Below are positions 28,246-37,604 of a DNA stretch of 44,067 nucleotides, piece by piece (the first letter of the stretch is position 1; every line of letters begins with the position of its first letter). Origin of the DNA: Clostridiaceae bacterium (GTDB lineage: Bacteria > Bacillota > Clostridia > CAYPLH01 > DUMO01). Below the pieces are notes generated by a model. It was not told where the DNA came from. It was given only the letters and a program-made list of their open reading frames with translations, and did not search any database. Made by a program: the position numbers and the translations under genes. The stretch is taken from NCBI GenBank assembly GCA_012839865.1, contig DUMO01000070.1, forward strand, positions 1 to 44,067, read 5' to 3'.

Positions 28246-28246
28246 T

Positions 28247-29446
28247 ATGAAAAGAAACCGTATTCTCTATTTTGTGCTTTTATTTCTTACATTGTTTTTT
28301 ATTTACTTTTATGGTGGCAAGGTCCCTTACACCATGTTTTATCTTTTATTGGTCCTCCCGGTGGTATCCATTGGATATGCCGCAATTGTCTTTTTCAGGT
28401 TCAAGGTGCACCAGGAGCTGGACAAAAAATATGCAACCAAGGGCGATACCGTAAACTTTATAGTAACTGCAAGCAACGACGATTTTTTTCTATATCCCTA
28501 TATCAAGCTCAATTTTTCAGGGCAAAACAATATATTTCAAAATCAGCTTGAGACAATGTCCTTTTCCCTGAAGCCCTTTGAAAGCAAAATATTCAGTACC
28601 GGGCTTCTGCTCAAATACAGGGGATGTTATTCCATAGGCATTGACTCTTTTGAAGTGGAGGATTTTTTAGGTTTAATAAACCTGAAACATAAATTTCGCA
28701 AGCTAAAGCAAATAACCGTTCTGCCCAGGATTGTAAGGATAAACAAACTAGGCATAAGTACAAACCTAATGTCGGAATCCTCAGCCAAACTGAACGGTAC
28801 CTTCAAAGACATTACCTCCATGACCGATGCCAGAAAATATGTTTACGGAGACCCCTTTAAAAGCATACACTGGAAACTGACCGCAAAGATGGACTCCCTT
28901 ATGGTCAAAAACATGGAAAGCACCCTTATGGCGGACGCCATATTTTTCCTGGACGTAAAAAAATGTTCCGAATCACAGGATGAAAATATCATTATAGAGG
29001 ACAAGCTGATTGAGGTGCTTGTATCCTGCCTTAACTATTGTCTTTCAAACTGGATTCATGTTAATCTTGTCTATTTCAACAATGAATTAGTTGAACTGGA
29101 GGGCAGAAACCCAAACGATTTCAAAAAAATCTATAATGCAATTTCACTTTTAAATTTCAACAACCAGGTTGAAATGAAGGATGTTTTAAAATTGTACCTG
29201 GGCCGTGGCATAAAAAGGTCCAGCATTTTTGTTTTTACTTCCAACCTTGATTATGAGCTTTTTGACGAAATATCAAAAGCAGTGAAATCAAACTTTGAAG
29301 TTACAATAGTTTATATTTCGCCCGAAAAGGCAACAGGTGTCCCTGACAAGGCAGCCGAAGATATATTGTCTTTCCTGCCTGAACTGGGTATAAATGCTTA
29401 CAGGATAAATATTAATGATAATGTTTTTGAGTTTGCGGAGCGGTAA
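28247..29446 (+). CDS. DUF58 domain membrane protein
   Basis: Two N-terminal TM helices, RGCY, RKYVYGDPFKSIHWKLTAK..LMVK motif; start moved to ATG 28247. Confidence 0.9.
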   Translation: MKRNRILYFVLLFLTLFFIYFYGGKVPYTMFYLLLVLPVVSIGYAAIVFFRFKVHQELDKKYATKGDTVNFIVTASNDDFFLYPYIKLNFSGQNNIFQNQLETMSFSLKPFESKIFSTGLLLKYRGCYSIGIDSFEVEDFLGLINLKHKFRKLKQITVLPRIVRINKLGISTNLMSESSAKLNGTFKDITSMTDARKYVYGDPFKSIHWKLTAKMDSLMVKNMESTLMADAIFFLDVKKCSESQDENIIIEDKLIEVLVSCLNYCLSNWIHVNLVYFNNELVELEGRNPNDFKKIYNAISLLNFNNQVEMKDVLKLYLGRGIKRSSIFVFTSNLDYELFDEISKAVKSNFEVTIVYISPEKATGVPDKAAEDILSFLPELGINAYRININDNVFEFAER

Positions 29447-29449
29447 AAT

Positions 29450-31846
29450 ATGAAAGATACGGGTACAATCTTATCCAAAGCTACAAATTTAATATTGTCC
29501 ATTGCTTTCAGCTTCAGTATGGTTTATGCGCTCACCACGACATTGGCTTTTGCCTTCAAGCCTTTTGAAATAATTATTTACATAGCAATTATCCATCTGG
29601 TGCTTGCCATGATGTTCAGGAACCGGTTTTCCATGGCTATTGCAGGGATAACTTTTGGAATCATCCTTTTTGTATTTCTCATTTTTTTGCTCTTCGGGAA
29701 CAACTTTGCAAGGTTGATAAACTGGGTAAGAGGATATGCCAGCTGGTTCACAGGGTATATCAGCGGAATCGAGGCGATAAGCAATACCCTGGCGCTTTTT
29801 ACGGCTTTGCTGATTTGCATTGGAATTTCTGTCTGGACATTCTTCTTTTCATATAAGGCATACAACTTTTACGTGCTTCTAACATCAGGCTCCCTGCTGT
29901 TTGTAATCCAGCATATGCTGAAATATTACACAAGCGACCTTTCTTTTTATCTGTTCCTGCTTTTGATTGTAATATATTACTTTATCTACATATATAACAG
30001 AAAAATCAGGACTGAACCCGGCAAGTACGTTGAACCCCATGTTTTTACCTTAAATGTTCTTTTCGTCTCTGCCCTTGTCTTCACAATATCCGTACTGATT
30101 CCCAAACAGGAATATCCGATTCAATGGCCCTGGCTTGATAAAAAGATCACTACATTCTACAACAGGATTACAGCACCTACCTACGAATTTTTTTCACTGG
30201 CATCAACCGGTTTCGGGGAAGATGAAGTTTCATTGGGTGGAAAGGTCTCCAAAGACCAGACACATACCCTTACTGTTGATTCCCCCAGGGCAGTTTATTT
30301 AAAGGGTGCCGTACTGGATACCTACACAGGAAGTTCCTGGCAGAATTCGGATTCGGATTACCAGGATTTTGGCAAGATTGACAATGGAGTAAAAATGGAT
30401 TTGCTTGAGCTTGTTGTTGCCGGTATGTTATCCCGGGACAATAATTTTATTGAAAAGTATTTTTATATTGATGAAATAAAAATCACTTATGAAAAAATCA
30501 GGACAAAAACCTTGTTCTTCCCCCTCAAGACAATTGAATTAAGCCAGGATGCGACCGAAAATAATGAGATATTTGTCACCCGAAATGATGCAATATTTTT
30601 GAATAAATACCTTTCCTACGGTTCTTCCTACTCATTGACTGCTTATACACCGAAATACAATGATAAGGAATTTCAAAATATGATGCGGAAAAGCTACAGG
30701 GGCTTTTACAGCGATTTACTGGCACAAAACAAAAATTACGATATCAAAATAAATACGTACAACAATTTTAGCAACAGAAACAGCCTTCCAAAACCGGACG
30801 AGAATTTATACGGTATAATCGAAGCGTTAAAGAGCAATGCGGATGAAATTTATGAAAGATATTTGACTCTTCCCAAGGACCTGCCCAGAAGGGTACACGA
30901 CCTTGCAAGAAGAATCACATCAAATATATACAGCAATTATGATATAGCAAAGTCCATCGAAAAATACCTGTCACAAATGTACCGGTATACGCTGGAACCT
31001 GAAAAATCGGAACCCGGGCAGGATTTTGTGGATTATTTCCTGTTTGAATCAAGGGAAGGCTACTGCACATACTTTGCCACTTCGATGGTTGTACTTGCAA
31101 GGGCAGTCGGGCTTCCTGCACGATATGTGGAAGGTTACATGCTTCCACGCATTCCTGAGTCAGGCATAACTTACAGGGTTACAAATGAAAATGCCCATGC
31201 CTGGGCTGAAATATACTTCGAGGGTTTCGGGTGGCTTGCCTTTGAACCTACTGCGCCTTTCATATCAAATTTTTATACTGATTATTATACCGGCACCGTA
31301 ACCTCTGAATATTCATATGAAGACTTTATTGAAGAATACATCGATGAATATATTAATGAATTTGACCAAATTTCTAAAAATGAGTCAAACAATGAAACCG
31401 ATACTTCTTCACCGGATGGAAACAACCTTCTTTTGACCATAATCATTTTAATCGCCATAACAGCCTTTATTGCAATATACTTGGGAATTGCCGTACTGCG
31501 CGTAAACTTGAGGATTTACAGATTTGGAAAAATGGAGCCCGGTAAAAGTGTTCGGTCCATGTACCATTTTTACCTCCAGGTACTGGACTTTCAGGACCTG
31601 GGAAGAAAACCCGGCGAGACACCGTACCAATATGCTGAACGTATCGATGGCTCCCTGGTATTTCCCAATATTAAGTTTTCTGCAATTACAGAAATATTTG
31701 TCAAAGCCCGTTACAGCAAAAAAGCAATCACTGAGAAAGAAAGGTCCGAGCTTTTGGAGTTTTACAAGGATTTAATATATGAAACCAAAGATAATATTGG
31801 TGTTATCCGGTACCTGGCGGCTAGATACCTGCTGGGCCAGTTTTGA
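29450..31846 (+). CDS. Multi-TM transglutaminase-like protein (TgpA-like)
   Basis: About 7 N-terminal TM helices; EGYCTYFATSM (Cys), NAHAWAEIYF (His), WLAFEPT; late TM helix and DUF4129-like tail. Confidence 0.9.
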   Translation: MKDTGTILSKATNLILSIAFSFSMVYALTTTLAFAFKPFEIIIYIAIIHLVLAMMFRNRFSMAIAGITFGIILFVFLIFLLFGNNFARLINWVRGYASWFTGYISGIEAISNTLALFTALLICIGISVWTFFFSYKAYNFYVLLTSGSLLFVIQHMLKYYTSDLSFYLFLLLIVIYYFIYIYNRKIRTEPGKYVEPHVFTLNVLFVSALVFTISVLIPKQEYPIQWPWLDKKITTFYNRITAPTYEFFSLASTGFGEDEVSLGGKVSKDQTHTLTVDSPRAVYLKGAVLDTYTGSSWQNSDSDYQDFGKIDNGVKMDLLELVVAGMLSRDNNFIEKYFYIDEIKITYEKIRTKTLFFPLKTIELSQDATENNEIFVTRNDAIFLNKYLSYGSSYSLTAYTPKYNDKEFQNMMRKSYRGFYSDLLAQNKNYDIKINTYNNFSNRNSLPKPDENLYGIIEALKSNADEIYERYLTLPKDLPRRVHDLARRITSNIYSNYDIAKSIEKYLSQMYRYTLEPEKSEPGQDFVDYFLFESREGYCTYFATSMVVLARAVGLPARYVEGYMLPRIPESGITYRVTNENAHAWAEIYFEGFGWLAFEPTAPFISNFYTDYYTGTVTSEYSYEDFIEEYIDEYINEFDQISKNESNNETDTSSPDGNNLLLTIIILIAITAFIAIYLGIAVLRVNLRIYRFGKMEPGKSVRSMYHFYLQVLDFQDLGRKPGETPYQYAERIDGSLVFPNIKFSAITEIFVKARYSKKAITEKERSELLEFYKDLIYETKDNIGVIRYLAARYLLGQF

Positions 31847-31882
31847 GGGGACCAATAAGACAGGGGACGGTTCTCTGTCTTA
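31847..31882. repeat. REP-like palindromic element, copy 2 (may also act as a terminator between convergent genes)
   Basis: TAAGACAGGGGA-CGG-TTCTCTGTCTTA 12-bp hairpin preceded by GGGGACCA; shares motifs with 14258-14317. Confidence 0.65.
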
Positions 31883-31885
31883 TTT

Positions 31886-32263
31886 TCACATTGTCGCTAG
31901 TGGCAATAGACTTACACATCCACCCGGATAGCTTATTGTCACTTTTCCGCAGCGAGCCAGCATAGGTCCCAGGAATATAATTGAGGACCTCATTTCAGAT
32001 GCAAGTTTATCCGGTATTTTCTGGCTATGCAATGTAGAAGAATCTACAACAACCGTATCATCGAATACATCAACCTTACAGCCTAACTCCCTTAGAATTC
32101 TTATCATAATATGTACATCTCTTAATTTGGGACAATTTCTGATAACACTGATATCACCATTAAGAACTGTCGCTGCCAGTATCGGCAGTACTGCATTTTT
32201 TGAACCTTGTATATCCAGTTCGCCTTCTATTTTATGTCCACCGTTAATGACTAATTTATCCAA
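31886..32263 (-). pseudogene. murA: N-terminal fragment (116 homologous codons) of UDP-N-acetylglucosamine 1-carboxyvinyltransferase; possible split gene
   Basis: GSKNAVLPILAA, MRSSIIFLGPML, YPGGC, then 9 unrelated codons and a stop; TTG start after GGAGG; intact MurA is about 420 aa. Confidence 0.9.
31900..31942 (-). other. Imperfect inverted repeat spanning the murA breakpoint (att-like site, inferred)
   Basis: GTGACAATAAGC-19 nt-GTCTATTGCCAC, arms complementary at 9 of 12 positions. Confidence 0.4.
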
Positions 32264-32444
32264 AAAAAACACCTCCACAATTTCCAGGCCATAATATATT
32301 TTATGCCAGGCAAGTGAAAGTGTTACAGACCGCAAAGAGCCGCATGGAAGGCGAATATTCACATTTTTATTTTCACATTTTAATACATTTTGAATAAGGT
32401 TTCAATAAATCATACCCATAGGTTAAAGATATGAGCATCAACCC

Positions 32445-33554
32445 TTATATTCTTTTATAATCCGCATGTCTTGATATGTTTAAGAGAATTCCCACATCCG
32501 TCAGGAGCAGGATCAGGGAAGTACCTCCGTAACTGAAAAACGGAAGAGGCATTCCGGTAACGGGAACTGAGGAGGTTACAACTGCAAAGTTGATTATTAC
32601 CTGGACTGCCACAAGGGCTGTTATTCCTATTGCAACCAGGCTTCCAAACAAGTCAGGAGCATTGACGGCAATCTTTACCCCTCTCCAGATAAAAATAAGG
32701 AAAAGCAGCATAACCACAAGCACACCTATAAATCCCAATTCTTCGGCTACTACCGAGAGGATGAAGTCATTATACGGCTCCGGAAGGTATAGAAACTTTT
32801 GAAGGCTTTTACCCAGCCCACGGCCAAAGAAACCTCCGGACCCTATGGCATAAAGAGATTGAACAGCCTGCCAGCCATCCCCGGTAGGGTCGGCAAAAGG
32901 ATTAAGGAATGACAATGCCCTTTCTCTCATATAATCAACAAAGATGATGACTGAAGCAAGAGCTGCAACAACAGGCACCGATAGCATTACAAAGTGTTTT
33001 ATTTTCGCGCCTGCACAGAAAAGCAAAATTGCTGAAACCAAAATTACTATTATGGCGCAGGAAAAATGCGGTTCCATCAGCAAAAGCACCGCTATTGCAC
33101 CAACTACAAGCAAGTAAGGCAATAGTCCCTTAAAAAAGTATTTTAACTGGTCCTTCCTGCTGGATAGACTGTATGAAAAGAAAAGAATCAAAGATATTTT
33201 CATAAACTCGGAGGGTTGTATTGATTGCCCGGCTAAAACAAACCATCTCCTTGATTTGTTAAAAACCCTGCCTATTCCGGGTATCAGGACCAATACCAAC
33301 AGCCCGATGCTGATTACGAAGAAATATGGTGACAATTTTGCAAGTTTCCGGTAATCAAAATTCGCCATTACAAACATGGCAAACAGCCCGATGGGCAGAT
33401 ATTGAAGCTGCTTTTTCAAAAAATGATATGTATCACCGTTCATGTAGTTGTAAGCATAGGGAGCACTGGCACTGAAAACCATGATAGTCCCAAAAGCAAG
33501 CAATATTAAAACAGTCATCAAGACCCAGAAATCCACCGGTTTTTGCTTTTTCAT
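32445..33554 (-). CDS. spoVE: SEDS glycosyltransferase SpoVE/FtsW
   Basis: MVFSAS, SRRWF, QPSEFMK, GWQAVQSLYAIGSGG, YLPEPYNDFI, PVTGMPLPFFSYGGTS; located in the dcw cluster. Confidence 0.92.
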   Translation of the reverse strand: MKKQKPVDFWVLMTVLILLAFGTIMVFSASAPYAYNYMNGDTYHFLKKQLQYLPIGLFAMFVMANFDYRKLAKLSPYFFVISIGLLVLVLIPGIGRVFNKSRRWFVLAGQSIQPSEFMKISLILFFSYSLSSRKDQLKYFFKGLLPYLLVVGAIAVLLLMEPHFSCAIIVILVSAILLFCAGAKIKHFVMLSVPVVAALASVIIFVDYMRERALSFLNPFADPTGDGWQAVQSLYAIGSGGFFGRGLGKSLQKFLYLPEPYNDFILSVVAEELGFIGVLVVMLLFLIFIWRGVKIAVNAPDLFGSLVAIGITALVAVQVIINFAVVTSSVPVTGMPLPFFSYGGTSLILLLTDVGILLNISRHADYKRI

Positions 33555-33637
33555 AATTGTCCTCCCGAATCCGGTTCAGTTAAACCCGGAAGATAAAGAA
33601 ATATGCAGACTCTTTAAAGTAAAAACATCTGCAATGT

Positions 33638-34627
33638 TTAATAAAATCTGAAACGCAGAGCAAACATCCCCACCAGACAAAGAATTACGGTAACCAGCCA
33701 GAAAACCGTTACGACTTTTGTTTCTTTCCAGCCCAAAAGCTCAAAATGATGATGAATGGGTGCCATCTTAAAGATTCTCTTTCCTCTCAGCTTAAAAGAA
33801 GCTACCTGCAATATGTCGGAAAGGGATTCCAAAACATAAATTCCCCCGACAATTACAATCATAAGCGGCATTTTCATCATTATCGCAGCTGAAGCCACAG
33901 CACCTCCCAAAGCAAGGGAGCCTGTATCCCCCATAAACACCTTTGCCGGATGAATGTTGAAAGCCAGAAAGCCAAGGCATCCTCCTGCTATCATTGAACT
34001 GAAAACCTTTACATGTTCCCATTCGCTCCTGGTCATGGCCACCAGGGTAAAAAACACCATAACTATCAGGGTTACTCCTGCACAAAGCCCGTCAACGCCA
34101 TCAGTCAGGTTTACCGAATTGGTTGTGGCATAAAGTACAATCATGAGAAACAGCATGTAAACTACGGGATGAAGCTCATATTCGATACCTGCAAAGGGAA
34201 TATACGTTGAAGTTCCCATCTCCGTAAAAAATGTGACGTATATCACATATATTGCAGATACCAAAAGAAGCCCGATTGTTTTTTGTGATGCATACAAGCC
34301 ATCCTTGCGCCTTTTTACCACTTTAATGTAGTCATCCAGAAAACCGATGGCTCCATAACCCAATACTGCAAGCAGCATGGGTATCATCTTTGGGTATGTA
34401 CCTGAGTAAAACAAAGTCATCAATATAAAAGGTATAATAAATATTATTCCGCCAATGGTCGGCGTATTCTGCTTTTTTAAATGAGTTGACGGGCCGTCAT
34501 TCCTCACAGTCTGGCCAGCCTTCAATTTGCGCAAAGCCCCAATTGCAAAAGGTCCAACTAAAAGCGCAAGAAGAAAAGTCAGAACAAAAACCACAACCTG
34601 AATAGAAACATTAAATGGTAAATCCAA
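33638..34627 (-). CDS. mraY: Phospho-N-acetylmuramoyl-pentapeptide transferase
   Basis: GQTVRNDGPSTHLKK..TPTIGG, GFLDDYIKV, NSVNLTDGVDGL, VFMGDTGS, MAPIHHHFE. Confidence 0.97.
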   Translation of the reverse strand: MDLPFNVSIQVVVFVLTFLLALLVGPFAIGALRKLKAGQTVRNDGPSTHLKKQNTPTIGGIIFIIPFILMTLFYSGTYPKMIPMLLAVLGYGAIGFLDDYIKVVKRRKDGLYASQKTIGLLLVSAIYVIYVTFFTEMGTSTYIPFAGIEYELHPVVYMLFLMIVLYATTNSVNLTDGVDGLCAGVTLIVMVFFTLVAMTRSEWEHVKVFSSMIAGGCLGFLAFNIHPAKVFMGDTGSLALGGAVASAAIMMKMPLMIVIVGGIYVLESLSDILQVASFKLRGKRIFKMAPIHHHFELLGWKETKVVTVFWLVTVILCLVGMFALRFRFY

Positions 34628-34654
34628 AGTATTTCCCCCTATTTTTTCTCTCCG

Positions 34655-36064
34655 TTAGAAGCCATTCACTTCTGATTGAGTTTTGGGCTCCAGCGCAAGC
34701 AAATGGTTTACAATCTCCTCCATTTTCATGCCTCGGGATCCTTTGACCAGCAGATAATCTCCCGGGCGGACGAAATTATTGAGAAACTCATTTACCTCCC
34801 CATTGCTTTCAAAAGTATATACTCTCTCTTCCGGAATACCGGCATAAAGGGCTCCCAAAAAGATTCCCCGGGCATTTTCCCCGACAGTTAAAACATAATC
34901 AATATTCTTCTGTACGGTAAGCTTTCCTATATCCTTATGGGCCTCAAAAGCCCAGTCCCCCATTTCCAGCATATCCCCCAGTATGGCAACGGTTCTTGCA
35001 TTTCCGGATATATCCTTCAATACTTCAATCGCAGCTTCCATGGATTGAGGGCTTGCATTGTAAACATCATCAATTATTTTTATGCCTTTTCCTGAAACAA
35101 TATTGAGACGCATATTACCTGGAGAATATTGAGAAATACCGGCTTGTATGGACTCAATATCCATTCCTGTTTCCATTCCGACGGCAATTGCCGCCAAAGC
35201 GCAATATACATTGTGTATTCCGGGAACCGGTATGTGGAACCTGTATTCCTTGTTGTTCAGCTTTATATCAAAATATGTACCGTTTTCTCCCGCTTTTGTT
35301 ATATTATATGCATAGTAGTCATTAACTTCTTCTATTCCGAAATACTTTGTCTTGAAGCTTAAGAGGTCTTTAAGACCATAAAGCAGTTTGTCATCTCCGT
35401 TTAAAATAACCGTGCCCTCAGGAGGAAGTCCTTCCAGAATCTCCAATTTTGCCTTCAGTATATTCTGCCTGGAGCCAAACCTTTCGATATGGGAAACACC
35501 GATGTTGGTAATGATTGCAATATCAGGGGAGCAAATGTTGGTGAGGTAGCTTATATCGCCAAAATTTCTTGTCCCCATTTCCACTACTCCGATTTGATGA
35601 AAACTGTCCAGTGAAACAAGTGTAAGCGGCAATCCGATTTCGTTGTTGAAATTCTCCCTTGACTTCAATACATTATACTTTGTTCCCAAAACTGAGGCTA
35701 CCATTTCCTTTGTGCTTGTTTTGCCTACACTGCCTGTAATAGCTATAATTGGTACAGAAAACTTTTTTCTGATAGTCCGGGCAATATCTCCCAGAGCTTT
35801 TACAGTGTCCTCAACCTTGATAATTATTTTACCCTCCACAGGGCTGATATCCTTTTGAGCAATACATCCGACGGCACCTTTTTGGAATACCGAATCAATA
35901 AAGTCATGACCGTCAAACCTTTCTCCTGTTAATGCCACAAAAAGGTCTCCCTCGGAAATTTTCCTTGAGTCGGTTGAGATGCCGGTGATTTTACTTTTCA
36001 GGTCCCCGCTTATAAGGGTGCCCTTTACAATATCAACCAACTCAGAACATCCTATCTCATACAT
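34655..36064 (-). CDS. murF: UDP-MurNAc-tripeptide D-Ala-D-Ala ligase
   Basis: TDSRKI, ITGSVGKTSTKEM, NFNNEIGLPLT, DDVYNASPQS, ILGDMLEMG, LVKGSRGM. Confidence 0.97.
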   Translation of the reverse strand: MYEIGCSELVDIVKGTLISGDLKSKITGISTDSRKISEGDLFVALTGERFDGHDFIDSVFQKGAVGCIAQKDISPVEGKIIIKVEDTVKALGDIARTIRKKFSVPIIAITGSVGKTSTKEMVASVLGTKYNVLKSRENFNNEIGLPLTLVSLDSFHQIGVVEMGTRNFGDISYLTNICSPDIAIITNIGVSHIERFGSRQNILKAKLEILEGLPPEGTVILNGDDKLLYGLKDLLSFKTKYFGIEEVNDYYAYNITKAGENGTYFDIKLNNKEYRFHIPVPGIHNVYCALAAIAVGMETGMDIESIQAGISQYSPGNMRLNIVSGKGIKIIDDVYNASPQSMEAAIEVLKDISGNARTVAILGDMLEMGDWAFEAHKDIGKLTVQKNIDYVLTVGENARGIFLGALYAGIPEERVYTFESNGEVNEFLNNFVRPGDYLLVKGSRGMKMEEIVNHLLALEPKTQSEVNGF

Positions 36065-36070
36065 ATCTTA

Positions 36071-37516
36071 TCACCTCTTTAATATCTCCCTTACAACTTC
36101 GCGATCATCGAAGTGTATGGTTTTATCCTTGAACTGTTGATAAGTCTCATGTCCTTTCCCGGCTATCACAATAACATCACCGGACCTGGCATTGTCCAGT
36201 GCATATCTGATGCCTTCATAACGGTCAATTATCTTTATGTATTCTCCATTTGTCCTTCTAATACCTTCTTCTATTTCTTTAATTATGTCTTCCGGGTCTT
36301 CGGTTCTCGGATTATCGGAAGTAATAACAGTAAAGTCGGCCATTCTCCCGGAAATTTCGCCCATTGGGATTCTTCTTCCCGCCCTGTTTCCACCGCAGCC
36401 AAAGACGCAAACAAGCCTGCCCGGGGTAAATTCCCTGACGGTGGTCAACAGATTTTCCAGGCTTGCGGCATTATGGGCATAATCAACTATTACGGTGAAA
36501 TCCCTTCCGGTTTCCACTACTTCCAGCCTTCCCGGTACTTTTATGTCGGCAAGTCCCCTCTTTATTGCATTCATTGGGACATTCAGAAGGCAACATGCAC
36601 CAATGGCTGCCAGGGCATTGTAAACATTAAACTTGCCAGGAATCCCCACTTTTATAAAATCGCTGCTCCAGGGCGTTTTGACAGTAAATTCAACACTTTC
36701 GGTGCCGGATTTTATATCCGTTGCCCTAAAGTCTGCATTTGATTCAATACCATACGTATAAACTTCACACCCGGCATCATCAACCAACCGTTTGCCATAC
36801 GAACTATCGATATTAACAAGACCTTTTCTGCACATGCTAAACAGTTTGGCCTTGGCTTTATAATAGTCTTCCATACTGTGATGAAGTTCATTTTCTCCTA
36901 TATGGTCAAAATATAAATTGGTAAATACTCCAATATCATATTGGCTGCAGCTTACCCGGTGCAGCTCCAGCCCATGGGACGATACCTCCATGACAACGCT
37001 TGAGACTCCCTTGTCCCTCATTTGGGCAAACAGGGACTGCAAATCATGGGACTCAGGAGTTGTCCTTTCCCCGTAAAGCACCTCGTCTCCAATCATGTTA
37101 TGTATGGTTCCAATAAGCCCGGTTTTTTGTCCTGCAGCTTCAAGTATGGCCTTTATCATGAATGTGGTGGATGTTTTTCCCTTTGTGCCGGTTACACCGA
37201 TAAGGCTGAACTTTTCGGAGGGTTTTCCAAAAAACAAATGGGAAACATGGGCAAGGCCATATCTGGTATCCTTAATCTTAACAACCGTAACATCCTCCGG
37301 AACTTCAACGTCTTTCTGAACCAGAAGAGCCTTTGTTCCATTGTTTATGGCAGATGGAATATATTTGTGTCCGTCGGTGGTAAAGCCTTCTATGCAGACA
37401 AACAGGGACCCGTTCTTTGCTTTGCGCGAATCATAAGCAATGTCATGTATTTCAATGTTCAAATCTCCCTTTGACGATTCAATTTCAAGTCCGCTTACAA
37501 GTTCCTTTAAAATCAT
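36071..37516 (-). CDS. murE: UDP-MurNAc-dipeptide meso-DAP ligase
   Basis: YDSRK, GVTGTKGKT, MEVSSHG, VDYAHN, TSDNPR (DAP-specific), IAGKGHETYQ. Confidence 0.97.
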   Translation of the reverse strand: MILKELVSGLEIESSKGDLNIEIHDIAYDSRKAKNGSLFVCIEGFTTDGHKYIPSAINNGTKALLVQKDVEVPEDVTVVKIKDTRYGLAHVSHLFFGKPSEKFSLIGVTGTKGKTSTTFMIKAILEAAGQKTGLIGTIHNMIGDEVLYGERTTPESHDLQSLFAQMRDKGVSSVVMEVSSHGLELHRVSCSQYDIGVFTNLYFDHIGENELHHSMEDYYKAKAKLFSMCRKGLVNIDSSYGKRLVDDAGCEVYTYGIESNADFRATDIKSGTESVEFTVKTPWSSDFIKVGIPGKFNVYNALAAIGACCLLNVPMNAIKRGLADIKVPGRLEVVETGRDFTVIVDYAHNAASLENLLTTVREFTPGRLVCVFGCGGNRAGRRIPMGEISGRMADFTVITSDNPRTEDPEDIIKEIEEGIRRTNGEYIKIIDRYEGIRYALDNARSGDVIVIAGKGHETYQQFKDKTIHFDDREVVREILKR

Positions 37517-37604
37517 CTTAAGCTTCCCTTCCTTATCTCAATATTTTTCCTTCAAAAGAAAGCTCCATTAAATTACATACATATATAATTGCCACGGCTG
37601 AGAC

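Noticed and set aside
31886..31915. Intron (GTAAGT after the Cys codon; group I/II) as the explanation for the murA break
   Set aside because: GTAAGT is a eukaryotic donor-like coincidence; there is no GTGCG group II start, no intron-sized structured sequence and no downstream exon in the window
32264..32362. N-terminal extension of the murA ORF from ATG 32362
   Set aside because: Homology and RBS indicate the TTG at 32263; the extension overlaps the promoter
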